A DNA stretch of 63,658 nt, the filler included, from Intoshia linei (lineage: Eukaryota; Animalia; Orthonectida), in NCBI GenBank assembly GCA_001642005.1. It is 4 parts of 4 records of this genome, joined end to end, with 100 filler letters (N's around TTAATTAATTAA, not from the genome) between each part and the next. Parts side by side here need not be neighbours in the genome. Positions count along the whole stretch, not along the records: positions 31,051 to 58,260 come from LWCA01000444.1; positions 58,361 to 60,924 come from LWCA01002279.1; positions 61,025 to 63,658 come from LWCA01002277.1; 1 more part is not named here. The stretch is one strand, 5' to 3'. The position numbers and the translations under genes were made by a program. Below are positions 44,601 through 61,779 of the stretch, in pieces; position 1 is the stretch's first letter; the number at the start of each line of letters is the position of its first letter. The notes under the pieces are model-generated. The model saw only the letters and a list, made by a program, of their open reading frames with translations, made no database searches and was not told where the DNA came from.

Positions 44601-45204
44601 CTAAATATTTTTTTGTTAGTAAGTCTAAAACTGCACTAAACCCGCATTCTGCTAAATAAGAGGATGGAAATATCAACAAAGCAATCTTAGCAAAAGTAGT
44701 TAAAGTCGAATAATTTTGCATATAGTATATGATATACTCATCAATTTAGTTAAATTTGAATTCAATAGCCAACGATCATTAAAGATATATTTGTTTTTTG
44801 TCATTCTAATAATTTAATAATACAATTAATTGGTTCAAGTATCACATAACCACTTATAAACCTGAAAATATTGTATAAAATTAACAACAAATGAATCTAA
44901 AGCTTTCATAATCCTATAAATTTATAATATTTTCCAGGCCCAACGGTTGGGAAACACTGGATTAAACAGTTAATTATAATTCCTAGAAACCAAATACATA
45001 TTGGATTTAAAAAAAAATGGAACGTTCCAAGAAAAACAAAAAAATGAAGAATCAACTGATGCTACATTGAAAATAAGCGCAGAGGACTTTTCAAATATAA
45101 TGAGTGGAAAATCTAGTGCTATGGATGCATATGTTTCTGGAAGACTACATATTGAAGGTGATATAGAATGCGCCATGAAACTGGCTAATGTGATAAATAA
45201 ATAA
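41700..45204 (+). CDS. HSDL2: Hydroxysteroid dehydrogenase-like protein 2 (SDR + SCP2)
   Basis: LITGASRGIGKA..GKTSDPHAKLKGTI; DILINNAGAI; DLMNSVNARGT; HILNLSPP; YTLSKYGMS (YxxxK); VNSLWP. SCP2 C-terminus DATLKISAEDF..AYVSGRLHIEGD. Confidence 0.95.
43648..43898. mobile_element. hAT MITE
   Basis: TIRs CAGGGGTGCACAAC / GTTGTGCACCCCTG. TSD CTCTAGAA / CTTTAGAA (7 of 8 match). Confidence 0.88.
43914..44134. mobile_element. hAT MITE
   Basis: TIRs CTGTGATGACC / TGCCATCACTG. TSD ATCTAGTG / TTCTAGTG (7 of 8 match). Confidence 0.75.
44364..44959 (-). mobile_element. hAT (Buster/Charlie) internal-deletion derivative retaining the transposase C-terminus
   Basis: TIRs CACTGTTTCCCAAC / GTTGGGAAACACTG. 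TSD GGTTAAAC / GATTAAAC. Internal minus-strand peptide AKIALLIFPSSYLAECGFSAVLDLLTKK. Confidence 0.88.
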
Positions 45205-45266
45205 TAATAATAAACGTAATCATACATTTAATGAAATACAAATGTCATAATTTAACACATTTTCGG

Positions 45267-47068
45267 TTATCTGTCAAAGGGATCATTCTGAAATATACGA
45301 GAATTAAAAAATTGAGACTTGAGTTCATAAGCTTTGGCAAGGAGGGTGTCAATCTGATCGGATGTTATATTTTTAGTCGGCAAGTTTTGGAGAAATACCA
45401 TAGTACATTGAAAATTGTCGAATTGTTTCACACGTTCGGCAAAATAGAGTAAAAATGCTACACAAACATATGTAAAATATACATCAAATCCTCGATCTTC
45501 ACATAAACAGGTATCCCATATTCGGATGACTGTATGAACAGGTAATTCGCGTATCAGTAAATTGTTGAACCAGCGGAAGCCAAATAAAAGGTAATCTATA
45601 TTTAGGGCTTCCAGATGGGTATTTAGTTCCGGATCAACAAAATTTATTACGTCATGAATGTATTCTAATTTTTTTAAAATTGATGGATGTCCCTTGATAA
45701 AGTTGTTTTTTATGGAGGTTATTAAATATTCAAAACACCAATAACAATCTGTTTCTAATTGATCCCTTTTGCTTTTAGAAAGCTTTGAAACGTCCAGAGA
45801 ATCCAAGTTTTCATTAGATACATCTAGCAAATATTATATAAATTCAACTGTATATTACTCGGATTCACGTATGCATCCAAAAAAGTGATAAAAAAAGGTA
45901 TCATTAAGTCGTTCATTCCCTGTACATAACCTATAGGCTTATACTGACAAGCAAATGCAAATAACATCCTGTTAAACATCTATGGACTCAATTAAACAAA
46001 TATAGCAAAAAATACATTTCTAACCACTTCTTGTTGTAGATGAGCAACTTCGGGGTCCATTCTGGGAATATCTATTTTTATCTAAAATTATCAAAGTTAC
46101 GAATTAAAAACAAAAATTACCTGGTGGTAAAAGGCACGCTGAACAGTGTCATCTTTTAATCTAGATGTAAAGTTAACACCTACCAAATATAGCCACGGTG
46201 GTTCATGCACCCAGTTATTTTAATTTAAACAATCAAAAGTCCCTTAAAACTATTAAATAGTTGATTCCTAGTTCATCGGAAAAATAAACCAACTAGGCAA
46301 ATGTGACAAATTACGTATCTGCTTTCTTGATAATTAGTTTATATTCGTCCTTTTTATCGGAACATGTTTGGTACGCTTTTTCAGAATGAGAAGTACTCAC
46401 ATAGCCCTAATTTAAATAAAACGATTTTCATTAATAAATTACCGTTAAAAGTTTCCAACACATGGGTCTATACTTTCTTTCTATACCAAACCAGCACAAT
46501 TTCCGAAGTGCATCTAAAACAATGTAAATTGAAACAAAAAAAAAACCAATGTCTATTTCTTCTGAATGTAAAATGTCATCATATTTTCGAATTAAATAAG
46601 GTTTTTTGAGAATATCGGGCATTAGTTTGCTGGTTTTGTGAATTGGCTCAGTAAGCGAAACGGTATTTGGCAAGTCTGGGCAAATATAAATGGTTTTATT
46701 CTCAATAACCTTTTGATAGCGTATTTTCATTTATATTGATTTCACTCTTGATTTTAGAATATTGTGAGCCTGCGTAGTCATTTTCAATGCGAGAAAAGAG
46801 TTTATTGAAATGTGGTTTCTTCAACTTAGACGGCGTAAAATCTTCAGAAATTTGGGGAATAATTACATAGTCTTCTTTCCATAGCTCACTGGTGGATTGT
46901 TGAAATTTTTGATAAGATTCTTTGCTAGTTGAAGTTTTTGTATCTGATTCAATTTTATATGGTTCTATACTGGCAAAATTATTAAATAAATAATTCAAAT
47001 TACTTTTCTAAAAATATATCGTATTGAGTGCGGTTCCAAAATGAATTATTTGCTTTTTTCTTCGACAT
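45267..47068 (-). CDS. TBC1D22: TBC1 domain family member 22 (Rab GAP)
   Basis: MSKKKANNSFWNR; LRKLCWFGIERKYRPMCWKLL; QIKIDIPR (R finger); GYVQGMNDL (Q finger); ETDCYWCF; FGFRWFNNLLIREL..IRIWDT; LQNLPT. Confidence 0.92.
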
Positions 47069-47530
47069 TATAATCTATTGCATATTTGCAATTCTCAAAA
47101 TATTTTGTTGCGTAACTATTGCCAGCAAACAAACTAAAGTGTAATGAATTCATACGTGTACAAACGCTAGTTTTTTATGATACTCAAACCAATATGTTCT
47201 TGTTATGTGTAGATTGGTGTTGATTTACTTGTAGATCGTGATGGTTGGAACGAATACATATATTTAAATTGCTGTGAATTAAATTAATAAAATAAATACA
47301 TTTAATCTATTTTTTGATAGATTATCAAAATGATAATTTCTAAATGATTCTAATACCATTTTACCAATCGACTTTATAAATAATTTTTTTCCTTTTCGAA
47401 GAAATAAGTCGTTTATTCATAAACTGTAAAAATTTCAGTTTTTAAATGTTAGACTGCTAATTGAAAATTTCCTACTTAACTTATAAGGATTTTTAAATAA
47501 TAAAAAAATGAGAATTGATTGCAAATGGTT

Positions 47531-48313
47531 TTATTTAAATGGATTAACAAAAATATTGAATAGTCGTCTTGAATCGAAGTTTGAATTGTGGTAAATCATA
47601 AACCTATACAAATGATAAAGAACACTGATTTGAGTAATCTTGTTAGGTACAAACATTGTATAAAAAGGTTGCTCCTCTATATAAACGTGAATAGGTCGAT
47701 TAGATTTTAAATGATCGGCATGCCAAATTATTAAAAGATATATGTACATGGTAAAAGTGACCGAAATGTACGTGAAAGCTGTAAGAATAAAATGAGAAAA
47801 ATAAGAATATCCCAATAACCAACCGATCAATGTTATTATTGGAACCAATCGTGTAAATCCGACAACACTGAAAATTGGATTAATGTATATAAAATAAAAA
47901 ACCATAAACACTGCATATATAAACATGAAAATAAATAGGTATAGGAGAAAAATAATGGATTGTTTTCTGTTTTTGTCTCCAACGCATTTACCCAGAAGGT
48001 AGCTGTGATAAAAAAAACCGTCGACACATTTTCGACACATTGTACAATGTTGTGTCGATTCGTCCATTTGAGCTAAACATCGTACACAATTTCGCACAGT
48101 TTCTGGTTTAGTTTGACAAGCTAGTTTTTTTCCAAATTTACTTCGTAAATTAATACTTATCCAATTAAAAACGACTTGGAAAGCGATAAAATACCATAAT
48201 AACTTCATTAGCCATGGAACGTTCAATTCAGGAATAATTACTGATTTCATCAACCATATCATCATGCAAAATGTCGAGCAAAAAATTGCTGTTAATATTT
48301 TTTCAAATGGCAT
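47531..48313 (-). CDS. zDHHC-family (ZDHHC22/24-like) membrane protein with degenerate catalytic motif, single exon
   Basis: Two TM helices, then CVRC...HCTMCRKCVDGFFYHSYLLGKCVGDKNRK, then more TM helices. The DHHC positions read FYHS. Confidence 0.85.
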   Translation of the reverse strand: MPFEKILTAIFCSTFCMMIWLMKSVIIPELNVPWLMKLLWYFIAFQVVFNWISINLRSKFGKKLACQTKPETVRNCVRCLAQMDESTQHCTMCRKCVDGFFYHSYLLGKCVGDKNRKQSIIFLLYLFIFMFIYAVFMVFYFIYINPIFSVVGFTRLVPIITLIGWLLGYSYFSHFILTAFTYISVTFTMYIYLLIIWHADHLKSNRPIHVYIEEQPFYTMFVPNKITQISVLYHLYRFMIYHNSNFDSRRLFNIFVNPFK

Positions 48314-48934
48314 TTTAATGTCAGTTATTCAAACAAGTTTATTTTTAAGTTTTACTTGGTACTAGGTAAATGTTTTTTATAACGCTCAATTCCTGGTAAA
48401 TTTTTAATATTTTTGACCTACCGTCAATACGCGGTAATCCTTTTCATTTAATTATATAAAATTGAATTTCTGTGTCTTTTACTGTATATTTAAAAAATTA
48501 ATAGTCGTAGAATGTAAAAAAGCCAATTTCTAATACTTTTATGCAGAGTTGTTTATGTCTATTTTTTGGTTTCCGAGTTTGAGTCCATTAGGGTCAAAAA
48601 CCCAATTTTCGCTTTAGTTTAAAAATTATCTTAGCCCAAAATTTTAATAAAACATATTCTGGGATGCGTTGTAAAATCATTAACATTGTGGTAAATCTTC
48701 AAAACGGTCAAACGTAAATGATCAAAATCACAAATTACCCTTTGTTTTAAAAATGTATCCCAAAGTATAGAGTCTATACTATAGACCAATGATTTCTAAC
48801 CTTTTTCACCACAGCGCCTCGCAGTGTCATACAATGCACATTTTTTTTGAAATTGTAGGATCAATATTTTTAATTTTTGATTTTAATCGAAATATTTGAA
48901 AAATATTGGTTGATAATATATTAAAAGTATTTTT

Positions 48935-49539
48935 CACCCGGGAATGCGTAGATTCCTGGGGTTGAAATTTTGTATTTATATCAACTGGAATTAGCTATTT
49001 CAGAATAATCTTTTTTTAAATTTTCGGACCGTTAATTATTTCATATTTTTTGTTTTAATAAAATATTTCGGACAAAAAAATATATTAATACTAAAATGCT
49101 TTTTTGACTGTGAATCGTCACTTATTTGGATTGAAATTTTTTATGTGTGTTAACAGGATACAACTGTACCACCTGTAAATTTTTTGAAATTCTAGGGCTG
49201 TTTTCATTAAAAAAATAAGGGTAATTTGTGGTTTTGGCCCTGAAGATATAATTTTNTTTGGATTGAAATTTTTTATGTGTGTTAACAGGATACAACTGTA
49301 CCTACCTGTAAATTTTTTGAAATTCTAGGGCTGTTTTCATAAAAAAAGAAGGGTAATCTGTAAATTTAAAAAATAAGGGTAATTTGTGGTTTTGGCCCTG
49401 AAGATATAATTTTTTTTAAATTTAAATTTATGATAATGTTTATGATTTTAAAAACTTTTAAGAGTGGTAGTTGTTTCAATAAAGTGTAACACACAGACAC
49501 ACAAACAAAAATCGCGTAGCCTTTTATACAAGTTAGGAT
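48935..49539 (-). mobile_element. Family A Helitron-like copy (includes an n-joined assembly duplication)
   Basis: Closely similar to 7520-8047. Ends in ACACAGACACACAAACAAAAATCGCGTAGC..AAGTTAGGAT. Confidence 0.75.
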
Positions 49540-49699
49540 TTATCACATTGAAAATGACAAAATAGGTTTTTATAATTTTATTTTTTCTGGAATTTGTGCT
49601 ATTTATGACAATTTTTAGGATTTGACTGTTTTTACTTTATTTTTAATATTATACACACCTTCTATCTAATAAATTAAAAAAATGGGATAACAATTTTTT

Positions 49700-49990
49700 T
49701 TAAAATTCTTTACACAAATGTTAAAATCTGTCATACAATCAGACTTTTGAAACAATATTTCGTAAATAATATAGAAGTATTGACATGGGTAGCTCAAAGT
49801 CCTGATCCTAACATAATTGAAATGTTATGGGAAATATTGAAGAGAAAAATTAGGAAAAGAGGTCCTACAAATATATTGAAGCATAAAGAAATGTTAATCC
49901 AATAATTGATCTCAATACATCATAAAACTACCAAAAATCTTGATTTAACTATGTTTAAAATTTAAATTAATTGTTCTATAGATGTTTTAA
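49700..49990 (+). pseudogene. Tc1/mariner transposase fragment
   Basis: NNIEVLTWVAQSPDPNIIEMLWEILKRKIRKRGP matches the Tc1 motif WP.QSPDLNPIE.LW..LK. Confidence 0.8.
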
Positions 49991-50515
49991 CGGAAAATGG
50001 AAAAAACACAAATCATTAAATCATTAATTAAACTTTTCTAATTCTACTTTCACTTTTTTTGTACAACCCCGCAATATTTTTTAAACACATTTTATGATTT
50101 ATAAAATAAAAATTAAAAATTATATATTATAAAACATTTTTTTTCATTTTACTGGCTAGTGTGCCATAGAAAATTGTGTACGTGTCCAGCGAAAAGTTGA
50201 AAACGAACTACAATATGTACAATTTCACTTTGGGACAGTTAAATTAGTTTTTTTTGTTTTTGTTCGAAACAACTTTTCATCCTAAATTTGCAGCTTTTCC
50301 TTGAAGGAGTCCAGTGAAGGGGGCCTATAATTTTCATTATTTATTATAATACATTAATTTTAAATTAAGTTCACTCGTCTGTCGAGACATTTTTTTTGAT
50401 GAAAAGTGGTAAGCGAAGTTGTATCAGTTGCAACAACGTTTAAATCTACAAAAATATCAACAAAATTACATGTCATATATTGTATTTATATTTATGAATT
50501 TATTTATGTTTATTT

Positions 50516-51513
50516 TTAGTTTTAGAGTTACATATACATTTATCCTTATTGTACAAAACAAACATTAATTGAGAAAGAAAATTTGGATTAGTTTTAAATA
50601 AACCGCGCATCAAATATGTAGTAGTTACACTATTGGCGTTTTTTATCCCACGCATAAGTATACACATATGTCTAAACACATTATAAACATTTGTTAGTAC
50701 TCACGTAGCAGTTATATTGATATAAAGTCCTCTGGGTCGGATGATATCTTCAATGCAAGCAACAATTTGATTAATGAGTTTTTCTTGCACTAATATAATA
50801 AATAATAATTACAAAAGTTAAATTACGTTGTAATCTTTTGCTGAAAATTTGCACTATCCTAAAGTATAAATATAAAGACTATAATAATAATAATGTAAAC
50901 CTTTCAAATTTACTTAAACCCATTATTTTCTTATTTGGTAAATACGCAATAGTCACCTAAATGAGAACTACATTAAAAATACAAAATGTAAATTTACTTT
51001 TCCATAAAAGGGTAACAGATGGTGTTCACACAAAGATTGCATATTAATATTATCTACAACTATAATGCTTTCTGATTCTGTTTCATACACACCGTCTCGC
51101 ATTAAATCTAGACATATAAAAACCTGATAAACTAAAAAACCTTGTAAATCTTCATTGTACCCACTAGTCATTTCAGAAAAAGCCTTTGCTGCCCGAACAG
51201 GAGAATGTTTTATCACGTCTTTGCTAAATTTTACCCCAGGTTGTGATTGAGTCAGAGTAGATAAAAGTGATGAAAACGGATTTACATATGGTTCATAATT
51301 AAATGAACAATATGAATTGGAAAACGAAGATGCCGACGAATGTTCTCCAAAATTCGCAGAAAGAGAATTTGCTATTACAGCATTTCCATTAGTCACATCT
51401 GCTGAAGAAATCATAAAATTAGCTTGTGTCTTTTTAAATTTATCATCCAATTCTTCGTGGCTGTTTTTCTCCGTCTAGTTTAATTTTACCCTATATTTAT
51501 CAAATATAACCAT
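50516..51513 (-). CDS. GCH1: GTP cyclohydrolase I
   Basis: SPVRAAKAF..TSGY; SLCEHHLLPFYGK | VTIAYLP...GLSKFER | FSKRLQLQEKL | HMCILMRG. Zn ligands are present. The first coding exon is apparently ATG only. Confidence 0.92.
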
Positions 51514-52189
51514 TTTCAATAATTTTATTTTTTAATATCTAAATTTATTTCAATTCTAAAATTATATAGAAAATGGAACAATTGCGATTATTTTGTACCA
51601 CCTTATAATCAATATATACTTTATATATTCATATATTATGCTAAATGATATATAATGATTATTATCATAAATTTGAAATACAATTAATACTCTGTGTCTG
51701 ACTTAAATTCTGAGATCATCAAGGTTAAAAGTATTGATTTCAATTTGATCTTTTCATACGATAATTTTTTTTGTTGATTCAAATTTATTTGACTATTATT
51801 ATTACATTATATTTGTATAGTATTGTAATTATATAAATATATATACTTTGTAGGGTCATTTTATTGAATAAAAAATTTTTATTTAAATTGCTGAATTATA
51901 TTCATTATTTAAATGTCTACTTTTCGAATAAAGTGAGCGTTTAGATCAGGACCTTGACGGGTACGAGATCTCATAATTCAAGTGTCATAAAATAATAATA
52001 AAAAAAGATAAATAATAAATGGTCAAGTAAAATAAGTGATCAATGTCCACTGGACACTTATTTTAATACAGTGCAATATATTAAAGTGATTGATAATATA
52101 CACACCAATAAAGTTGCATTCTAAAAGTCTTAATGTATATGTAATATTTCATGGTTATGTAAAAATACATGTACTAAAAACACATTTAG

Positions 52190-56974
<4,785 letters not shown>

Positions 56975-57055
56975 ACCTTAAAATTTACTAAAACTACGTA
57001 TTACCATTACTATAGATTTAAAAACAAAGAGTTTTTAAAATTACATTTCAACAAA

Positions 57056-57647
57056 ATGATAATATCTGCAGGTATTGCTTACACTCTGTGTTTAATAATT
57101 GTTGCAATTTTGATATTTTTTGTTATATTTCACGTAAGACCCACATGAAATATTTTTAAACTTTTTCCAGATCATAACTTTCGATGAATTAAACGTCGAC
57201 TACAAGAATCCCATCGACTACTGTAAAACTCTAAACCCAGTAATAAAAATAGTATTCTATTCAACCGTTTTAGCTTGTTATACCGGAATATGCGCTTCAT
57301 TTCTCAATAATGCTAATTCTTGGATTAAGTGAAGAGTATTTTTCTGTCTTCTTCAACGTACCGATTGCATTATACCACATTTTAAAGTAATTAAGTTAAA
57401 TATTTAACCTACGTTATTCATTAATCATTTAGATACAGTCGAAGAACACCGTTGTGCGGGTATGGTGTTTATGATCCCACCAGAATTTTATTATCACGAG
57501 AAATGAAGATATCACAGATGGAGGGCTGGATTAAACTAGTATTCTTTCTCATGTGTTTCTTTTACTACATGTACAGGTTTTTTATATTTTAATTTTTTAT
57601 AATTGATTATTCATAGCATGATCTACTGTTTTGCATTCGAAGGATAA
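57056..57647 (+). CDS. CNIH: Cornichon homolog
   Basis: LIFFVIFH | IITFDELNVDYKNPIDYCKTLNP | LVIPEY..NVPIALYH | GVYDPT..EGWIKLVFFLMCFFYYMY | SMIY. Confidence 0.95.
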
Positions 57648-57684
57648 AATTTAAATCACCATAAATATTTTGAATTAAATAAAT

Positions 57685-57887
57685 TTAATTTTTACAGGAG
57701 TTATGAGGACAGTCTTCAGATTCAACTTCCCAAATTTTTTTACATATAGGGCAATGCATAGACGACCTTGTCCAAGTGTTTATGCAGCATTTGTGAAACA
57801 CGTGACGGCAAATTCCCCAATTAATATTGCATTCCAAACACTTGGTTTCATCAGTCGAGCATTCAATACAGCTTTCCAATAATGACC
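57685..57887 (-). CDS. Divergent RBX1/RBX2/APC11-family RING-H2 protein (last exon; 5' exons within ~57915-58155 unresolved)
   Basis: ESCIEC...ECNINWGICRHVFHKCCINTW....HCPICKKIWE matches the Rbx family WG.C.H.FH..CI..W...CP.C...W. Confidence 0.75.
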
Positions 57888-60349
57888 TAAATGCATTAAA
57901 ATTTAGTAGATAAATAGATTTACAATGATCTACATGTCATTTGTGTAGTTTTATAAAACATGGTTAATTACTTGTCAAATATGTACCACAAACGTATATA
58001 CCAAAGCTGCTCATTAGAAGCAAGCTTATTATTTTTTGAGCTCACATTACTCTTTGAGCATTTTAAATGAAATGTGAAATTAACAATACTTAAATTTTAA
58101 AACCAAAAATTAAATTATGGTTAAGTTAAAGCTGTCAGATTAAAAACGTACTCATATTACTTAGTTACAAAATTATAATGTTGAATTGGAATTTTAAAAG
58201 TTTTTTGTTTTAAACTATATAAAATACAATTGTAAATTAAAATTTAATTTAAATATTTTANNNNNNNNNNNNNNNNNNNNNNNNNNNNNNNNNNNNNNNN
58301 NNNNTTAATTAATTAANNNNNNNNNNNNNNNNNNNNNNNNNNNNNNNNNNNNNNNNNNNNGTAATTTTATAAATTTACAAATATTCTGAATTTCCAGTGA
58401 AAGCAAGTATAAAGCTTCGATACGTGATTTTGTAAATTATTTATTTAAACTAAATTTATTTTGATACGCTTAGTAATATCAATTTTATAAAAAGCGTGAA
58501 TAGTAATTCAGGTAATATTCATAAATAACTTAATGTTTATTCTGATTTATTATTAAAATTTCATTCGGTCCGCGCCTGACCAAACCTTAATATTATGATT
58601 TACAAATTTATATATAATATGCTTGAGGTAAATGGGAAACATTGCCGGGGTATAATTTTTCTATAAAAAAAAGTGGGACACTATTGTATATCATAAAATT
58701 TATTGTAATTTCATTTTTATACTTTTTAATTTAAATTTTAATAAATTTATCATTTGAAGTAACTCATTGCATTGATTATTAATATTGTTACGCAAAACTG
58801 TCGTACCAACATATCAACAATATAATGGATCAATTTGAAAATGATATTAACTAGAAATATTTTCATTTTTTGGTTAGAACCAATGTAAAAATTAATTTAT
58901 TTATTTGTTAAATTAAATACTTTGAAACGTCCCATGATCTGACCCGACAGAGCTAGTTAGAGTTTGTATGATGTGCATAAGAAACAAACGAGTTGCGTAT
59001 CAAATAGTACATTTATTGTTGCAATACAAAATATTGTAAACAAAATGTTTAATGTTTAGAATGTTTAGATACATATTAAAAATTTCCATATTTTACACAA
59101 GCTCCTAACCTTTCACAGGTTTTTGAACACAAACAATATATTTTTCGATATTTCCAAAATACTTTGTATTCGCTGAATTTCATGACTTTTAATACATTTT
59201 TATATTTCACCGAATTTTGACATGCATCCATATATGTATGAGTTAATGGATCTAAATAATGTAAATGTTCTTGAATTAATTATGAAAAAATAACAAATTT
59301 ACCAGTATTTCAGAAAATAAAGATTTTATTTACAAATTTAATTACATTATGTTAACCTTAGTTTTATAAAGTTAAAAGTTGCTAAAAATGTATGTGTTTG
59401 TAATCATTTATTGAGAAAACGGACAATCCGAGAAATTTCAAAAACAAAAATTCAAGTCATTTATTTATTATAATTTATTTTTTTTGTAGAATTAAAAAAG
59501 TCACCACTGCAGAACTAGGTGCTGTTTCTACGAAGTACATCCATTCAAGGTAGTATATATATAAAAATAATAATTTTTATAGAACAAATATAGTTCAAAT
59601 TAAACATCAAAACATAAATTGATCCTACAATTTCGACAAAGATGTAAGGGAATTATCAAGACCTCATCAATTAATCCATCAATTGTGTTGATAAAAATGA
59701 AAATAAAATACCACATATATCATCGATTAAAACACCCGAAATTATATTGAATTGTGATCTAATAGTTAAAATTAAATAGTTAATAAATAATTAATTTATA
59801 AATTAGTAAGTAATTAAATTGTTACGCCCTATAGTACATCAACAATGTATGTAAATTTCCATTACAAAAATTGTTTCGGTTAGTTCGTACCAAACGACAA
59901 AATCCAAATCCTAATAAATCCTTTTTAATTTCTAAACATTGAAATATTATTATAAATAAATAATAAGTCTGAATAAGAACAGTTTGTATAAATTATATAA
60001 TATTTTAATTTATTAATAGGCAATGTTGAAAAAAATTTCAAATGTTTGTCAAAATTATGATGACCAATGCGATTTACAACTGGTATTTTCAATTTTTAGG
60101 CAACAAACAATCTATTAAACAATACATATACGTCCCAATTAAAAAAATATAAGAGTACAATTTCCATCTGATTGGACCAATCACCAGCTCTCCACGACCC
60201 TGAATACATTTAATACAGTCAACTCACAAAACACAATTAGATCTAAGTACTGTTTTTATGAAGTTCATAACAGTCAAGCTATGTATGATATAAAACACGA
60301 ACAATAATGTTTTCCACTGAAATATTACACTGTGCAATGCACATGTATG

Positions 60350-60924
60350 CAGGGCCGTGCGCAGGGGCTAGGACCATATAACCCGGATCTACAATCAAAT
60401 AAAAATTAACAAAGAGGAAACAAAAAAAATTAAATCAATAACTCTTTTCTTTAAAAAACAAAAGTATCAAATCAAAATCAAAAGCGAATCAGAGAAACAG
60501 ACATCAAAAGATTTAAAATCAATTAAACTTACAAGACGTATACATCTAATCATTAGATTATAATGTGTTAAACTATTTATATTTATAGATGAAATAATAA
60601 AAAAATCCCCAAAACGTAATTGTAAGCCTATTGTGAATTCTGAACTCAGTAATTTGGAGTTGGACATAGGAAATGTAAAAAACAATAGAAAAATAAAATT
60701 AGATACTAATTAATTTATGAAACTAAACTAGTTTCGAATACCAAAAGACAAAAATAATATATCATTTCCATATCGTCTCTTAACTGTTACCCTTCAAAAT
60801 GAAGAATGTTGCCAAAGATATTGGTTATGTTGGAGTAAAATGAACCAATCATTGTATTGTGCACCTGTACTATTGAAGACTATGATTGTAATTGTACAAC
60901 GTGTTGTTAAAGTATTTATTAATA
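60350..60924 (+). mobile_element. hAT (ZMYM1-like) element left end with a TTF zinc-finger remnant, cut by the gap
   Basis: Terminus CAGGGCCGTGCGCAGG. Peptide TLQNEECCQRYWLCWSKMNQSLYCAP resembles L.NGE...R.WL.YS......YC..C. Confidence 0.6.
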
Positions 60925-61249
60925 NNNNNNNNNNNNNNNNNNNNNNNNNNNNNNNNNNNNNNNNNNNNTTAATTAATTAANNNNNNNNNNNNNNNNNNNN
61001 NNNNNNNNNNNNNNNNNNNNNNNNCATTTACCATTTCAAAAATCCCACCACTAATAAATTTAATCAAAAATACCATTTTAAACCCTCATGGAAAAATTGT
61101 CTTACACCGATATTCTTTTGAAAAAATTTTCCAGCTTTTAATGGAAAAATATTCTTTTTCCAATACTTTTTTTAAAAACTTTTCAACCACAAATTACTAA
61201 CGCTTAAGGGAATTATTTTCTTTTTCCAATATTATTTTGAAAAATATTA

Positions 61250-61616
61250 TGAGTTGTTACGAACTATAACGCTATCATCAAGATTGTTAAAATTAAAGAA
61301 AGCCCTTATGACCGTTCAACCTACGTCAACACAAAGTGAAAGAAATTTCTATACTGCTTCTAATTTCGTTACAAAACGTAGAACGCGTTTAAATGACGAA
61401 TCTACCAATATTATGTATGTTTTGAAAAACTTTTTTAACAGTCTAAAATAAATAAATTTTTTTCTAATTAAATTTGTAAATTTCAATCTAGATTCGTTTT
61501 ATTTCATTAATTAAATTTTTTTTTGTTTCTAAAATTAATTAAGGTATAAGTTATAATGCTTCTATATTATATATGAATAAAATATTTTTATTTTTCTCGG
61601 GAAATCACAATCACTA
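61250..61616 (+). pseudogene. hAT transposase C-terminal dimerization domain and right end
   Basis: ALMTVQPTSTQSERNFYTASNFVTKRRTRLND. The end CGGGAAATCACAATCACTA also occurs at ~24991-25008. Confidence 0.8.
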
Positions 61617-61779
61617 CTCCCTTTATTACGAACAAACGAAATTTTTGTTATATTTTAAATATTAATTTTATTTAATTCCATTGATCAATTCTTTTATTGT
61701 AAAAATTTTTTCGAATGAGATTAAAATAAATTTATTATATTACATACTTTTAATAATTTTGAAATCTTTTGAACCTTAA

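Noticed and set aside
58398-60180. Scattered exon-like segments between two gaps
   Set aside because: Possibly the 3' part of a gene, but I could not build a consistent model or recognise a domain.
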